Part shown: in pieces, positions 49,105 to 62,053 of the stretch
Position numbering within the stretch: the first letter of the stretch is position 1
How the letters are laid out: each line of letters starts with the position of its first letter
Assembly (NCBI RefSeq): GCF_964194155.1
Contig: NC_135884.1
Span: 64,418,001 to 64,482,000 of the forward strand
DNA: 64,000 nucleotides
Direction of reading: 5' to 3'
Origin: Cetorhinus maximus
Taxonomy: Eukaryota
Notes under the pieces: model-generated
Seen by the model: only the letters and a program-made list of their open reading frames with translations
The model's database searches: none
Told to the model about the DNA's origin: nothing
Translations under genes and position numbers: made by a program

Positions 49105-52100
49105 CAGAAGTATGGCTGGAAAGATGGTGCAGGAGGGAGGGCTTTAGATTCCTGGGACTCTGGGACTGGCTCTGGGGGAAATGACACCTGTACAAGCTGG
49201 ACGAATTGCATCTGAACAGAGCTGGGACTGAGTTCCTTGTGGGACATTTTGCTAGTGCTGTTGGGAGGGCTTTAAACTAACTCAGCAGGGGTGTGGGAAT
49301 CAAGAGAAAATGTTAGAGAGGAATACCGGGTGCACAAAATACTGGGAGGGACAGATAGCACTAGTGTAGAGAATAGTAAGATAATAGATGAAGTCAGGGT
49401 GAGGGAGAAAGTAACAATCTATATTAGGGTTTCTATGCATGTATGTAAATGTGGAGTATGGTAAATAAGATTGGGGAGTTAGAGGTGCAGATTGCTATGT
49501 GGAAATATGATGTTGTGGCAATAACAGAGACCTGGCTCAAGGAAGGACAGAACTGGGTGTTAAATATTCCTGGCTTAAAGGTGGTTCAGAAAAGATAGGA
49601 AAGGAGGAGGGGTGGCAGTATTAGTTAAGGAGAGTTTTGCAGTGCTGGAGAAAGAGGATATTCCAGAGGGTTCAAGGACAAAATCGAAGTTAAGGAACAA
49701 AAAGGGTGCAATTACATTGCTCGGTGTAGTCTATAGACCGCCAACTAGTGAGAAGGACGTAGAAGAACAAATCTGCAGGGAAATTACAGAGAGATGCAAG
49801 CATTATAAAGTAGTTATAATGGGTGACTTTAATTGCCCGACTGGGAGAGTGATAGTGTAAAGGATGGAGAGGGGCAAACGTTCCTAGATTGTGTTAAGGA
49901 AAATTTTCTACAGCAATATGTGTCCAATCCAATAAGAAAAGACGCACTGTTGGACTTGGTTCTTAGAAATGGGGTGGGCCAAGAAGATCAAGTGTCAGTG
50001 GGGGTACATTTAGGAGACAGTGATCATTGTGTGGTATGTTCTAGGATGATGATAGAAAGGACGATAGGGAATCCAGAGAAAGAATAATTAACTGGAAGAG
50101 AGCCGACTTCGATGGGACAAGAATGGAGCTGGGCCAGAAAGGCTGGAATGAAAGATTAGTGGGAAAAACCGTACCTGAACAATGGGCTGCGTTCAAAAAA
50201 GAATTGCTTCGGGCACGGTCAAGGTATATTCTGTCGAAAGGGAAAAGTAGGGCAAACAAATCCAGAGCTCCCTGAATGAAAAAGGGGATAGAAATTAAGA
50301 TAAGAAAGAAAAAGTGTGCTTATGATAGGTGTGAGGTAGAAAATACAATTGAGAACCAAGAGGAATACAGAAGGTTCAGAGGGGAAGTGAAAAAGCATAT
50401 TCGAGAAGCGAAGAGGGATTATGAGAAAAGACTGGCAGCCAACATAAAGGGGAATCCCAAAGTCTTCTATAGGCATATAAATAGTAAAAGGGTGTAAAAA
50501 CTGGAGTAGGGTCGATTAAGGACCTAAAAGGGAATTTGCACATGGATGAAGGGGCCATGGCTGAGGTATTAAATGAATACTTTGTATCCATCTTTACCAA
50601 GGATATAGATGCTACCCAGACCAAGGTGACAGACAAGGAAACTCTGTCACTATAAGGGTTCAAAATTGATAAGGAGGAAGTGTTGAATAGACGTTGGTAG
50701 TTAAAGTTGACAAGGCACCAGGACCGGATGAGATGTATCCAAGGATACTGAAGGAAGTGAGAGTAGAAATTGCAGGGGCACTGGCCGTAATTTTTCAGTC
50801 TTTCCTAGATTCAGGGATGTTCCAGAGGACTGGAGGATTGCAAACATTACTCCCTTGTTCAAAAAGGGTTGTAAGGATAGGCCCAGCAATTACAGACCAG
50901 TCAGTTTAACTTCAGTGGTGGGAAAGATTCTAGAAGCAATTATTCAGGATAGAATTGTAGTCACATGGAAACATATGGGTTGATAAGGAAGAGCCAGCGT
51001 GGATTTCTAAAGGGGAAATCATGTTTAACTAATTTGCTGGAGTTTTTTGAAGAGGTAACAGAAAAGGTCGATGAGGGTAATGCTGTTGATGTGGTGTACA
51101 TGGACTTTCAAAAGGTATTTGATACAGTGCCACACAACACAACACTACACGACTGATGAGAAAAGTTATTGCTCATGGAATAAAAGGGACAGTAGCAATG
51201 TGGATACAAACTTGGCTGAAAAACAGGACGCCGAGAGTAATGGCCAATGGATATTTTTCGGGCTGGAGGAAGGTTTGTAGTGGAGCTCCCCAGGGGTTGG
51301 TATTGGGGCCCTTGCTTCTCCCGACATATATTAATGATCTGGATCTTGGTGTGCAGGGGACAGTTTCACAATTTGTGGATGATACAAAGCTTGGGAATGT
51401 TGTAACTTGTGAGGAGGACAGTATAGAACTTCAAAATGACATAAGCAATCTGGTGGAGTGGGCAGATAGATGGCAGGTGAAGTTCAATGTGGAGAAGTGT
51501 GAGGTGATGCATTTTGGTAGGAAGAACATGGACAGACAATATAAAATAAGGGGTGAAATTTTGAAGGGGGTGCAGGAGCTGAAAGACCCTGGGGTTTATG
51601 TGCATAGATCATTGAATGTGGCAGGACAGGTGGAAAGAGCAGTTAATAAAGCATATAATATCCTGGACTTTATTAATAGGGGCATAGAGTACAAGAGCAA
51701 GGAGGCTATGCTGAATTTATATAAGACTCAGCTGGAGTATTGTGTACCGTTCTGGATGCCACATTATAGGAAGGATGTGAACACATTGGAGACAGTGCAG
51801 AAGAGGCTTACAAGAATGGTTCCAGGGATGAGAAACTTCAGTTACGAAGATAGATTAGAGAGATTGGGACTGTTCTCCTTTGAGAGAAGACGGCTAAGAG
51901 GAGATTTGATTGAGATGTTTAAAATCATGAGGGGGGCTAGAGAAAGTAAATAAGGAGACACTGTTCCCACTTGTAAAAGGATCAAGAGTGAGAGGGCACA
52001 GATTTAAAGTGATTTGCAAAAGAAGCAAATGTGATGTGAGAAAAAACGAGTGCTTCGGGTCTGGAATGCACTGCCTGGAAGTGTGGTGGAGGCAGATTTG

Positions 52101-52272
52101 ATCAAGGCATTCAAAAGGGCATTAGATGATTATTTGAATCAAAACAATATTCAAGGGTGCGGGGAAAAGGCAGGGCGATAGCACTAGGTCATAATGCTCA
52201 TTTGGAGAGCGGGTACAGACACAATGGGCCAAATGGCCTCCTTCTGAGCAATTAAAATTCTGTGATTCTGTG
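49105..52272 (+). mobile_element. CR1 LINE, end of ORF1 through ORF2 (EN + RT) and tail, degenerate
   Basis: LGVVYRPP, MGDFN, SDH, KAPGPDEMYPRILKE, GFLKGKSCLTNLLEFFEEVT, PQGLVLGP, FVDDTKL, and an ATTCTGTG tandem tail. Confidence 0.95.
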
Positions 52273-52939
52273 AAGCTTAATCAGACAAATGATTGAGCCA
52301 AAGGAGGAGATACTAAGCAGGGTGATTTAATCCTGAGTCAGAGTTGAGTTTTTAGGTGGGCCTTAAAGGAGGGGAGAGAGAGATGGCAAGGTTTATGGCA
52401 GGAATTCTAGAGCTTTTACCTAGACAGCTGAAGGGTCAGCCACCAACAGTAGGACTGAGCTCTGAGGACTGGAGAAGGCTACACACAGGGAGGATGAGGC
52501 CATGAAGGGATTTGAACATGAAGGTGGTAATTTCAAACCTGAAGCATTAGAGCCTGAGGAGCCAATTTAAGTCAGATAATTCAGAATAGGTTTCAGGCAG
52601 CAGATTTTTAGATGAGCTGGAGTTTTTCTTTCAAGAAAACTGAAATGCGGGCCAAAAAAATCTGGCATCATAAATACAGTGCTATATTTGGAGTTGTTCC
52701 ACTGAAAGAGTAGTGGGCCATGATCTTCATGATGTAATTTCAGCTGCAGGTCCTCAAGGCACATGGTTTATTTTCTTCTGGTCCCACAGAAAATTTAGAT
52801 TTTGAATACTTCATTCCAGATGGCAGTTCAACAAATTACTTCCTTACAGTCACTGGTGCTGACTCAAAATTTGTATATTAATGTGGCCACCTTATTTCTG
52901 TTGACGTGTTGGAAATGGCTGTGTTTCCAGCTCACTGAT

Positions 52940-53295
52940 TGTGGCTCGGTGAGTAACACTGTCACTTCTGAATTAGGTTGGGTGTTCAAGTCCAATTCCA
53001 GATGCTTGAGAATAAAAATCTAGTCTGATGTCCTTGATGCCCTTAAGGCACCCCAAGATCCCTTGGCACTAATTAGAAGAAGAGCCAATATTTATCCCTC
53101 AATTGACTTAATTTTAAAAAACAAAATAGATTATCTGATCACTATCATATTGCTGTTTGTGGGAGCTTCTTTGTGAAAATTGGCTGCTGTGTTTCCTATA
53201 TTACAACAGTGAATACACTGTAAAAGTACTTCATTGGCTGGAAAGTACTTTGAGATGTCCTGAGGTTGTGGAAGGCGCTATATAAATGTGAACCT
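52940..53295 (+). mobile_element. DeuSINE/SacSINE1-like SINE
   Basis: GTGGCTCGGTGAGTAACACT...GTTCAAGTCC head and a TCCTGAGGTTGTGGAAGGCGCTATATAAATG tail. Confidence 0.65.
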
Positions 53296-54339
53296 TTCTG
53301 ACGGACACAAATTTGAGTCTTTCCTAAGATTTCCTTTTCCCAGGGCTACTGGAAACAGCAGGGGACACACCTCCAGGGAGAGTCGTCTCAGATTGGGACA
53401 CTTTTTGGATCAATTTTATTTAAAAATAGCCAAAGTGGCTCAGGAGGGAAATCTCATGGAGTGTAAAGCTTTGAATTCTGATGATTTCTAACAAAGTAGA
53501 CACTGGGTCCAAAATATTGACTGCCGGCTCAGGATGTGGGGGTTGTTGATGTAGAGTTATTCATCTTGGAGCGTGAGCCTGGAACTAGAGGACATAGATT
53601 TAAAGTGAACAGGCAACATGGGAGATACAAATCTCTGAATTGGTGATGTTTCTGTCGGGCAAACAGCATTGAACTTCAGCGTAATTAATTCTATGTGAAG
53701 CATTTTTCAGATGTTTCTGGGAGATATGGCATCACCCTATTTAAATGCAAGTCAGTAATTGCTTATGTGGATTAGAATCCGGGCAAAAATAATGTGTAGA
53801 GAGAGTCAATACCTATTGATATGGGATTGATGGGCATGGGTATAGACTGAGATACTGTTTGGTGCACAGTAGAGTAATTTTAAATTTTATCACCAGGCAA
53901 GTAACAAGTGATAGAGAATTGGCCACCCATTTTACCTGCCACCCGATTTTTATTTACTTGGTTTTTACCCATCGATATGAGTTAAAATCTCCCCGCCCCC
54001 CTCCCCACCTCTGTGCTGCTGGGACCCAGGGTGTAAAGCAGAATGTTGTCTGGAGACAGTAGGTCAGGGGATGGATGCTGAGGATAGGGGTATATTTTGT
54101 TTGATTAATTTTGATGGACCAGTTTCGATGTGAAACTTTTCACTTGGAGATAAAATACGTCAATTCAGGTTAAAGGTTCATTTAGGTTGTCCTTATAAAA
54201 CACTCCCAGGTCAGGCACACCATAGGAAGAAGAGAGAAAATGGGGAACCATAGCCCAGTTAGCCTAGTATCAGCAGTAAGCAAAATACCAGGATTTATTA
54301 TTAGAAATGTGAGAACGGGGAATTTAGGAAATTAAAATT

Positions 54340-54990
54340 TAATTAAACAGAGTCGATATGGATTTATGAAATAGAAATTATATTTTTTGAGGATATAACT
54401 AGTGAGACTGATAAGGAGGAACCAGAAGATGTAGTGTATTTGATTTTTAGAAAGCATTAAATAAGGTGCCACGCAAGAGATTATTTTGGAGTAATATATT
54501 AGCATGGATTGGTGATTAGTTAATGGAGAGAAAACAGAGTAAAAATAACTGGGCTAAAAAGCAAAATACTGGATGCTGAAAATCTGAAATAAGAAGAAGA
54601 AGTGCTGGAAATGCTCAGCAAGCCTGGCAGCATCTGTGGAGAGAGAAACAAGAGTTCATGGGCAGAATTTTATGGTCCCATTGTGGCAGGGTTGGGACTG
54701 TAAAATGCGGCGAGCCGTTCAAAACTCCACTGACTTTGGCGGGACCATAAAATCCACCCAACGTTTCGAGTCCGATATGACACTTCTTCAAAACTGAAGG
54801 TAGAAATGTTCAACGGTGGGAGGAAGAACAAAAGAGAAGCTCTGGCATAGGGTAGAATAAATGAGACATTTCCGGGTTGGCAGGCTGAAACTAGTGGTGT
54901 ACCACAAGGATCAGTGCAATCTATATTAATAACTTAGATGAGGGGACTGAATGTAACTTATCCATGTTTGCTAATGATACAAAGTTAGGT
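54340..54990 (+). mobile_element. Nested cluster: CR1 RT fragment containing a Penelope tail (about 54555-54860) containing a MITE (54660-54759)
   Basis: CR1 landmarks on both sides. MITE termini are GGGCAGAATTTTATGGTCCC and GGGACCATAAAATCCACCC. Confidence 0.7.
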
Positions 54991-55574
54991 GAGAAGGGAT
55001 TTTTTACAACCACCTGAGAGAGCAGACAGGGTCTCAGCTTAATGTCTCATTTCAAAGACAACACGGTGCACACTCCCTCAGTACCACAGTGAGATTTTGT
55101 GCTCATGATCTGAAGTGGGACCTGAGCCCCCAACCTTCTGAAGTGTATATGCTACCAACTGAGCCACAGCTGATACTGTGACCAAAGTACAGATTAGTTA
55201 CTGATTGCAGAAGGAGCACAAGAACACTTGTCATAGGAACCCATGTGGTTGGGTGCTCTGTTATCAAATTTGCAGTCAGGGCCAGTTTTGTTCTGCAGTA
55301 CTCTAGAAGAAGAAATAGAAGCCTTATGGTCCTCTGAGCCTGCTTTGCCTTTCAACAAGATTACAACTGATCTTCTAACTCAAGCAGAGTCTTTGAATAT
55401 TTTTAAAGTGGAGGTAGATAGATTCTTGATAAGCTAGGGGGTGAAAGGTTATCGGGGGTAGTCGGGAATGTGGAGTTGAAGTTACAATCAGATCAGCCAT
55501 GATCTTATTGAATGGTGTAGCAGGCTTGAGGGACTGAGTGGCCTACTCCTGCTGCTAGTTCGTATGTTTGTGTG

Positions 55575-56210
55575 GGATGTAGGCATTGCTGGCTTGGCCA
55601 GCATTTATTGCCCATCGCAATTTGCTCTTGAGAAGGTGGTGGTGAGCCACCTTCTTGAACCGTTGCAGTCCATGTGGTGTAGGTACATCCATTGAGGTGT
55701 TAGGGAGGGAGTTCCATGATTTTGATCCCATAACAGTGAAGGAGCAGTGATATAATTCCAAGTCAGGATGGTGTTGCTTGATGGGGAGCTTGCGGGTATT
55801 GGTGTTCCCATGTGCCTACTGCTCTGGTCTTTATAGGTGATAGAAGTTGCAGGTTTGGAAGGTGCTGTCGAAGCAGCCTTGGTGAGCTTCTGCAGTGTGG
55901 ATGGTACACACTGCTGCCACTGTGTATCAGTGGTGGAAACAATGAATGTTTAAGCTGGTAGATGGGGTGCCTGTGCTGCTTTATCCTGGATGGCCTTGAG
56001 TTTCTTGAGTGTTATTGCGCTCATCCAGGCAAGTGGAGAGTATTCCATCGCACTCTTGACTTGTGCTTTGTAGATGGCAGACAGGCTTTGGGGAGTCAGG
56101 AGGTGAGTTACTTATCGCAGGATTCCCAGCCTCTGCCTTGCTCATGTAGCTGCAGTAGTTATATGGCTAGTCTAGTTCAGTTTCTGGTCAGTGATAACCC
56201 CTAGGATGTT
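55575..56210 (-). mobile_element. Family A LINE 3' fragment abutting a plus-strand CR1 tail (about 55375-55570)
   Basis: Family tail and GSKSWNSLPN..FKKVAHHHLLK. Confidence 0.85.
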
Positions 56211-56999
56211 GGTGTTGTGAAAAGCACTTTATCGATGCAAATTCTTCCCTCCTAAGAACTCAGCAAACACTGCCCCAACTCATTTCAGCAAAACCTGTCC
56301 AGGAAACAGAGGTCAGATTTTGCTCCCATTGGCATAGGTTGGAGTGCGAAAGGTGAAGGGGCAGCAGGCTAACTCATGGTGTGGCCCAGCCACTGTTATA
56401 CTTGGATTGTAAAATGACTGCACGTTTCCTAGTGTCATCAGGGATGATCCAGTGTTCCGATACTCCCAGTGGGAAGCACAACATGCAATGAGCGATTCTT
56501 GAGAAATCCAGTTTCCCCAAATGTAGTACCTTTGAAAACATGATTGTGAGATTAGCTAGTAGCTTAGTTATTGAATGATGTGTGTCATGTATCTGACAGT
56601 CCAGTAATAACTCTCAGTGAACAGCTCCAAAGCATTTTGAAAATCTCTAGGAGACAGGCCCAGAAAGCACATTTCCTTTAATCAGCCTAAACACTGAGAA
56701 TGGTCAATTTTCACCAGGTCACCTGCCTTCTTTGGAGCAGGAGCAGGCTGCCAGAGTTCTTCTTCACATGTGTCAAACTTGTGGCGATTGTTGCTTTAGG
56801 GCCAGTCTTACTGAATAAGGGTCACGTGCTCAGAACAGCCAATCAATACCTAGTGCGGAGAATCTCATAAGGGGCAGAGTTTTCTTAGCCTGGGGGAGTG
56901 TATTGTAGCCTTGCTAGAAGCAGGCAGCTAATCCAACAGCTCCATAAATGAAGTTCATTGTTCAACTGAAAAAACCTCTCGGTAGTACATCTCTATATC

Positions 57000-57012
57000 T
57001 GGCGACAAGGAT
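57000..57012 (+). promoter_or_regulatory. Primer-binding site, tRNA-Ser-like
   Basis: TGGCGACAAGGAT is one mismatch from TGGCGACGAGGAT, the recalled complement of the tRNA-Ser(GCT) 3' end. It lies just upstream of gag. Confidence 0.7.
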
Positions 57013-57478
57013 AAATGATTCTGGAGCTACCTCTCGCCCTCTATTTTCAAGAAAGAAATATATACTCACCAAGATGCCTCTCTTTGGGAGGGTCAACCCA
57101 TTTGACGACTCCACAGAGGATTGGAGTCAATACATCAGGTGCCTTGGGTTTTATTCCCAGGCCAACAAAATAGGGAAGGAGGCAAAGTGCAAAGCAATTG
57201 TCTTGAGCGTCTGTGGGAGTCAAACCTACAATCGTATTCGCAGTCTCACAGTCCCAAGCATGCCTGAGTCCAAATCGATTAGTGAGCTCGTGGATTTAGT
57301 GAAGGGACATTTTCAGCCCAAACCATTGGTCTTTATGCAAAGATTCAAATTTAATATGAGGGTGAGGGCCCCAGGTGAATTGGTTGTGATTTATATTGCT
57401 AAGTTGAAGCAATTGCCAGAGCATCAAGATTTCAGAGCGACCTTGAACGACATGCCACAGGATTGGTTAGTTTGTGGC

Positions 57479-57975
57479 AGAATCATAGAATCACAGAATC
57501 TTAATTTCACAGAAGGAGGCTATTCGGCCCATCATGTCTGCATCGACTCTCCAAATGAGCATTATGACCTAGTGCCATTGCCCTGCCTTTTCCCCGTACC
57601 CTTGCACATTGTTTCTATTTAAATAAACATCTAATGTCCTCCTGAATGCCTCGATTGAACCTGCCTCCACCACATTTCCAGGCTGTGCGTTCCAGACCTG
57701 AACCACTCGCTGTGTGAAAAAGTTTTTCTCACGTCAGACATCTTTTGCAAATCACTTTAAATCTGTGCCCTCTCGCTCTTGATCCTTTTACGAGTGGGAA
57801 CAACTTCTTCCTATCTACTCTGTCCAGCCCCCTCATGATTTTGAACATCTTTATCGAATCTCCTCTCAGCCTTTTTCTCTCCAAGGAGAGCAGTCCCAAC
57901 TCTCCAATCTATCCTCATAGCTGAAGTTCCTCACCCCTGGAACCATTCTTGTAAGTCTCTTCTGCACTCTCCCAA
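57479..57975 (-). mobile_element. CR1 3' fragment inserted in Gypsy gag
   Basis: Reverse complement closely resembles 51780-52270. Confidence 0.9.
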
Positions 57976-60900
57976 TGTGATTCTGTGGTTAAAGCAGTCA
58001 AGGCAGATCATATTACTGTCACACTCCAGTAAATGGGAAGCCTCTAGTTACGGAGATGGATACAGGGGCATCAGTTACAATGTTGGGTGAGCGCACTTTT
58101 CAGTAGATGAGAGAAGGTACCCAACCCTTGAGCCTGGAGAGAACTTCTGCCTAGTTGAAGACTTACATGGGAGAAGCAATAAAAGTAAAAGGCACCGCCA
58201 TGGTACCTGTGAGCTATGGGTAGCAGTCAGCCTAGCTCCAGTAATAGTAGTGACTGGGGAAGGACCAAGCCTTTTGGGCCATGATTGGCTAAATGAAATC
58301 AAGTTAAATTGGTCCGAGATTTTTCAAGTGCAGTCAGGAGGACTGCTAGAATTGTTAAAATTATATGACGGCATCTTGCGCCGAATTAGGGAAAATCAAA
58401 AGCATGCATGCCAAGATTTATGTTGATCCAGAGGCAATTCCCTGATTTTTAAGACAAGACCAGTACCATATGCCTAAAGAGAAAAAGCGGATGCTGAGTT
58501 AAACTGGTTGGAGGAACCAGGCATCATACAGATCGTTCAATTTTCGGAATGGGCAGCACCTATCGCTCCCGTACTGAAACCGTTTAAGACCGTTCGCATT
58601 TGCGGCGATTATAAGCTAACAGTTAATCAGGCTGCCAAGTTGGATAAATAACCAATTCCAAGGATCAAAGACTTACACGCAAAGCTGGCAGGAGGTCAAT
58701 CCTACACTAAGTTGGATATGAGCCATGCACACCAGCAACTCGAGTTAGATAACACATCCCAGGGGTATGTCACAATAAACACACACAAAGGCCTATTCCA
58801 GTATACGCACCTACCTTTTGGCATATCCTCCGCATGTGTAATATTTCAAAGGACTATGGAGAGTTTGCTACAGGGCTTACCACAGGTTGTAGTATACCTT
58901 GACAATATTCTCATAACTGGATCGACAAAGGCCGAGCATTTAGCAAATTTAGAGGAGGTGTTAAAAAGATTCCTTGAAGCTGGAGTTCACCTAAAAAAGG
59001 AGGAATCACTTTCCAGGCCACCAAGGTTACCTATCTGGGGCACCATGTAGACACACAATGGTTACACCCTGTGGAAGAAAAGGTTAAGGTGATAAAGGAG
59101 GCGCCTTCCTCCACAAATATCACCAAACTCAAATCATTTTTAGGGATAGGAAACTAATTTGGGTGATTTTTACCCAGCTTATCACTTGTACTGGCTCTCT
59201 TGCACATACTGCTGAAGAAACACCATCGTTGGTCCTGGAAGGCTCCACAGGAGGAAGCCTTCAACAGAGTAAATCAACTGCTGCACTCCACAACCTTGAT
59301 AGTGCACTTCGATCCATCTAAAGAATTGATATTGACCTGCGACGCCTCTCCATATGGCATTGGTGCAGTATTGTCCCATGAAATGGACGAATGCACTGAG
59401 AGGCTAATAGATTACTTATCAAGCACCCTTTCATGGCTGAGAAGGACAGATTGTCAATAGTCTTCAGAGTTAAAAAATTCCACCAGTATTTACATGGCAG
59501 GTGCTTTATTATCGCATCCAATCATAAACCACTTTTGGGCCTTTTCAAAGAAGACTAGGCTATCCTGTCGATAGCCTTTGCAAGAATTCAGCACTGGGCA
59601 TTAATTCTGTCCGCCTACGAATACACTTTCAAGCACCGACCTGGGAAACACGTAGCGAATGCGAACGCTCTTAGTCACCTACCCTTGCAAGAAAGCATCG
59701 TGTATACTCCTGTGCCCTAAGAAATAGTCTTTTCATTGAGTTTTTTAGATGCATTGTCTGTCTGCGTGAAGCAGAGCAGGAACTGGACCAATCGAGGTCT
59801 GCTTCTGTCCAAAGTGAGAGACCAGATATTTACAGGTTGGTTAAATGAGCCAGTCTCCAAGGAAGTGAAACCATTTTTTACCCGCAAATACGAAGTGAGT
59901 TGTCAGGATGGCATCATACTCTGGGAGCAAGAGTAGTCATTCCTGCTCCTAACTGAATTGCATAGCACTCATCCTGGCATTTCTAAGATGAAAATGCTTG
60001 CCAGGAGTAATGTGTAGCGGCCTGGTATAGATACAGATATCAAAAAGCTAGTCAAGCACTGTCAACAGTACCAACTGCAGCAAAAGCTGCCAGCTGAAGG
60101 CCCCACTACACCCTTGGGAATTACCTGGCCGACCATGGGTGTAGATCCATATAGACTACATGGGTCCATTCCTAGGCACAATGTTTTTGTTCATAATCAA
60201 CACGCCCTCAAAATGGATAGAAATTTTTGAGGTGAAATCACCTACATCGCATGCTACCATCGAAAAGTTGCGCCAATGCTTTTCAATTCACGGATTGCTC
60301 AAAGTCATTGTGTCAGACAACGGAGCCGTATTTACAAGGGCTGAATTTCAGAACTTTACCAATCTAAATGGCATTAAACACATCTGAACTGCGCCTTACC
60401 GCCCAGCATCAAACGGACTAGCCAAGAGAGCAGTCCAAACTTTCAAGTCAGGACTAAAAAATTGTCGGGAGGAACCTTGGAAACCAAAATCTCTCGCTTC
60501 CTTCTTAGCTACCGCACAACTCCACATGCAACAATGGGAGTCCCACCAGCAGAACTGCTTATGAAGTGTCGTCTCAGAACGAGACTGAGCCTTGTATTTC
60601 CAAATTTTCAAGGGAGGGTAGAGAAGAACCAAAGTAATCAGAAAACAAGCCACGATTTGCATAGTAGAGCCTGGAAATTTATAGTAGATGAAGCCGTATA
60701 TGTAAGGAACTTTGGATCCCAAGAATTATTATCTGTGAGAACAGACCCCTTTCATACCAAGTAGACATGGAAGGCCGGATCGTTCCTAAGCTCAAGGATC
60801 ACCTGAGGAGCGGGGAGACCTTTCCACAGTCAGTGTTAACACCAAGGAATGTTATCGAACCCGTAAGTACCGAAGTACCTGATTGATCTGTTCTAGAGAT

Positions 60901-62053
60901 GACTGATGTCTCCATTGAATCACATAGTGATGAACTGCCTGTGCCAGAAGAGGTACCCATTATCCCAATGTTCTTGATACCCAGTGACACCGCCCCCCCC
61001 CCCCCCAAAACCATGCGGCCAACCTTTTGTGCGAGCCCCAACAGAGAATGATGACTCACCATGGGGTCATCAGTGGAGTCCTCACTTGATGCATGTACAC
61101 ATGCAATTTGCAAGCAGGAGACAGGAGGAGTGGAGTGTGTGGGCTGGGAGTGGGAGATGCAGGAACTTGTGTTTACTGGATGGCGATCTGTGAATGGTTG
61201 CAACTGGTCAGTAGTCTTAAGCATTGTCTACAATGCAGCTTCCAAGATTATATCGCACCTTTGGTGGTTCACGGTAGTAGCTCCTCATTGCACCAGGCTC
61301 TTGCTTTAATTGAGCTGAGAGCATGGCTGCTGAAAGCACAGATTACTATGGGTTAGTGTGGTGTTGGAGGCGGTGGGTGGTGGTTAGGTGGGCCTTCTCC
61401 GTGCTGCAGAAATACCATCATTTGGATCTGCAGCAAAACAATCCAATGATATCAATGGCATACAATTAGACTGCTATTGTGGGCTCTGTGTTTCATGGGT
61501 ACTGTGCAAAATGGATATGTTTGCATTTTGTAAAACAGGATGTCCTGATCAGATCTCACCTGTATTGTGCTGTTGTCATGGCAATGACTGTGGTTTTGTG
61601 GGTTGAATGCTCTGTGATACTACCTGATCAGCTGAAGACATTTAGAATTATGGTGAAGACAGCAATCTTAGAGTGGGCCACATACTCTGGGAGGGCTCAA
61701 ATAACAGCTTTCAGACAATGAAATGATAAAGGGAGCAAGAAGTGCTTTTATTAAATGTGTTGTGCAGCTGTACACTGATGTGAGATATACCAATCAGGTA
61801 ATGGATGTGGATATCGTAGAGCTATATGCTTTGTTTAGGCTGAAAATGTTGTGCAAACACTAAATCATTCATCATCCCAATTTAGATATACATCGCAGTT
61901 CCTTCATCATTGCTGTATTAATATCCAGGCATTTCCTAGCTTGCACTATCTTTAAAGCACCAGTGGCCCAATGAGAAGGCCCGTCATCACTTTCTCAGTG
62001 CATCTAGGGATGGGCAATGTATGTAGCCTTGTGAGTGTAGCCCACAGTTCTGT

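Larger units (their letters stand above)
56570..60990 (+). mobile_element. Gypsy (Mag-like) LTR retrotransposon, decayed; no 3' LTR recognised; 5' boundary approximate
   Basis: Gag EDWSQY..ANKI..LSVCGSQTY; protease EMDTGAS (about 58052); RT INTHKGLFQYTHLPFGISSA and YLDNILI; RNase H LTCDASPYGIGAVLSH; integrase IVSDNG and YRTTPHATMGVPPAELL. Confidence 0.92.

Noticed and set aside
56948-57622. 224-aa ORF as a domesticated gag gene
   Set aside because: It reads through into an antisense CR1 tail, and the adjoining pol is full of stops and frameshifts.
61440-61500. IQLDCYCGLC as possible RASSF1A exon 2
   Set aside because: It lacks the preceding CKFTCHYRC motif and a suitable acceptor. I found no exon 2 in the window.
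61572-61585. X-box-like palindrome GTTGTCATGGCAAT
   Set aside because: It is a single imperfect motif with no supporting promoter context and could occur by chance in 64 kb.
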